Shown one piece after another: positions 50,960-52,873 of a stretch of 52,873 nucleotides of DNA. The stretch's first letter is position 1; the number at the start of each line of letters is the position of its first letter. The position numbers and the translations under genes are program-made. The notes under the pieces were generated by a model. It was not told the origin of the DNA. It did no database searches and saw only the letters and a program-made list of their open reading frames with translations. Source of the DNA: Dimargaris cristalligena (lineage: Eukaryota); contig ML002268.1 of the NCBI GenBank assembly GCA_003614675.1, forward strand, positions 1 to 52,873, given 5' to 3'.

Positions 50960-51547
50960 GGCCGCTTAAACAGTTGAAAGTGCGGGGGAGAGGGAGAGGG
51001 GACTACGAGTAACAGCGGGTAACTCGAATGCAGCTTGGAATGAAAACAACAGGAGAACGGAAGTGTTTGTTTGAGATAAAAGAGGGGGGAATAGCTTTCT
51101 GTAACTACGAAATTTACGACAGGAAACATACACGCAATATAGCATACAAATTTGAACGAGTCCTAAACCAACGGCGCCAACGTAAACCAGATGGGGTTTT
51201 ACTTGAGCTATTACGCCTAGAGGCTTCGTCACCCAGCCCCATCCAATACACGCTTATTTTGGGCGCTCTGTAGTGGGCTGATAAATGGCATCTTCCTATA
51301 GTCAACACAGACGAAGTGGGTCTATTTTCGGGCTGGGAATGACGCATACTGCCCAGCTTTCGCATAAACAAACCACCGAACGCCAATAGATCCTGTTCAA
51401 CGGCACTCGTTACTTCGGTACCACGCTCCCAAGCCCTCTTTTGCAACCCCGCAACTGCTATGCACCAACTCTTTTCCCACTTCCTACTTCTTATATTCTT
51501 ATTTCCTACTAGCTTATATTACTACCGTCCGGTGGACTCTGCGCGCA

Positions 51548-52082
51548 ATGACCAAGCTCTATTCCCGCCCCTTGCTTCGCCGAATCCTGAAGGCCCATCA
51601 GCCCCACTACCGCCTGGCTAACAATGTCGACATTCTGGTAAGTGTAACAAGATTGTAGCACTCCTATGTTTTCGACCGGCTATATCCGATCCCCTGGTAA
51701 CCTAATCCCACTTTGAATGATCCCACGGCTAATATACCCCACCCTCGTTGCGCCCTATCCAACTCCTATTTCCTGCCGAATGGCCAGGTCTACCTCGACT
51801 ATATTTTATTTCTGAAAGAACTCGCAAGGGAGGCGCGTCAGAGTCGCCGTGACTCTAGCAACATCGAAATAACCGCCGAGGATATTCAGTTAGCCACCAA
51901 AGTAGGTCCTAGACTATTTAGGAATACCATGTTATTCGTCCAATTGTAGCTTGGATACCTCTCACCTCCCGATTCTTCCTTACCGTGCCTTTTTAGCAAT
52001 TCCTATATACGCCACTAATGAACAACGTCCCTATATCCGATTCTTGCAGAGAACGCTTAAGCGCTTTAAGGCCCACCCTTAG
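51548..52082 (+). CDS. CENPW: Kinetochore histone-fold protein CENP-W (Wip1-like); exons 51548-51637, 51788-51901, 52050-52082
   Basis: Spliced MTKLYSRPLLRRILKAHQPHYRLANNVDIL|VYLDYILFLKELAREARQSRRDSSNIEITAEDIQLATK|RTLKRFKAHP* matches the fungal CENP-W pattern (lrriiKah...nvDil.yLdy.lFl..L..eA). The choice of last exon is inferred. Confidence 0.8.
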
Positions 52083-52664
52083 GGTCTTCCAAGGAAATGT
52101 CAAAACATTACACCATTCCTTCCGCCCAATACACGAGCAAACAATTGAACAACACCAACAATATTCGCTAAATACCCGTAAATTTTCGGGCCATATCGCT
52201 GTTTTGCGCATACACAGCTATACAAACCGGGGCGTCAACAATCACGCGGGGCCAGTTTAATGGATAAAGGGGAAAGATCATGCTATTATAAAAAATGTAA
52301 TTCTAGTGTATGAATTATATATTGCGCCCCAAAAAGGCTACACGATTTAGACCAACCGAGAAAGTATGCATTAGTGGACCTGATGATGAGCCGAAAATAC
52401 AGGCCATAAAAGTGTCAATAAGCATAAGCAGAGCGGCTACCTCGACTCGGCCAACTAAGAGTATTAAATTTAATATGAACCCTCTCCCAATCTATTCCTT
52501 AGATATACTACGCACTTTTTGTTAGTAAATAAAGAGGCCCCAGTAACCAGTCGCGTGAAAAAACAACTCGTATTGCTGCATCTCAGTGAATTTTACCTGG
52601 GATACTTGTTGTAGTGACAACTCACTTAATGGTTAATCATAACGGCAAGAAAATATGAAAACAA

Positions 52665-52738
52665 TGATTTCTGCCGGATTCGAACCGGCGACCGTCTGTG
52701 TGTTAGACAGACGTGATAACCAACTACACCAAGAAATC
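52665..52738 (-). tRNA. tRNA-Val(AAC)
   Basis: Reverse complement GATTTCTTGGTGTAGTTGGTTATCACGTCTGTCTAACACACAGACGGTCGCCGGTTCGAATCCGGCAGAAATCA gives acceptor stem GATTTCT/AGAAATC, anticodon arm TCTGT-CT[AAC]AC-ACAGA and T loop TTCGAAT. Confidence 0.96.
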
Positions 52739-52873
52739 TCATTAAATTGTTACGATGTTGGGCAATATAAATAGTAATAAAATAAAAATATAATAGAAAT
52801 AATACCCTCGGGTACTCGAAAATAACTAGAACAAACTCAAACTTCCGCAGAAGTGCTATCTGGTGAATTCTTC

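Noticed and set aside
1..52873. CRISPR arrays, rRNA, snRNAs or intact transposons
   Set aside because: No regularly spaced repeats, rRNA or U-snRNA signature sequences, LTRs, TIR pairs or intact transposase/RT ORFs were seen.

Overview
Eukaryotic genomic DNA with GT-AG introns and CTAAC/CTAAT-type branch points. The gene content points to an early-diverging fungus; a Zoopagomycota/Kickxellomycotina-like origin is my inference, not established. The window is mostly conserved housekeeping genes, in this order: partial tRNA-Lys(CTT), CDC45, Rictor/Avo3 (TORC2), a ~7 kb gene-poor stretch with possible decayed transposon traces, a secreted GH19 chitinase with an N-terminal Cys-rich CBM19-like module, a 43-N gap, REV7, NAC-beta (EGD1/BTF3), IMA1, RFC3 (human RFC5 type), SNF8/VPS22, a HIT zinc-finger gene (HIT1/ZNHIT3) with an apparent frameshift, an intronless 486-aa orphan ORF, AP-1 gamma-adaptin, SLD5, EDE1/Eps15, CENP-W and tRNA-Val(AAC). 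I do not see a clear novel multi-gene system. The best leads are the fungal GH19 plus CBM19-like fusion, the orphan ORF, a dense GATC cluster in the 5'UTR intron of NAC-beta, the HIT1 frame break, shared forkhead-type motifs upstream of cell-cycle genes and a multi-hairpin segment upstream of SNF8. Exon boundaries were deduced by hand and need RNA-seq confirmation.
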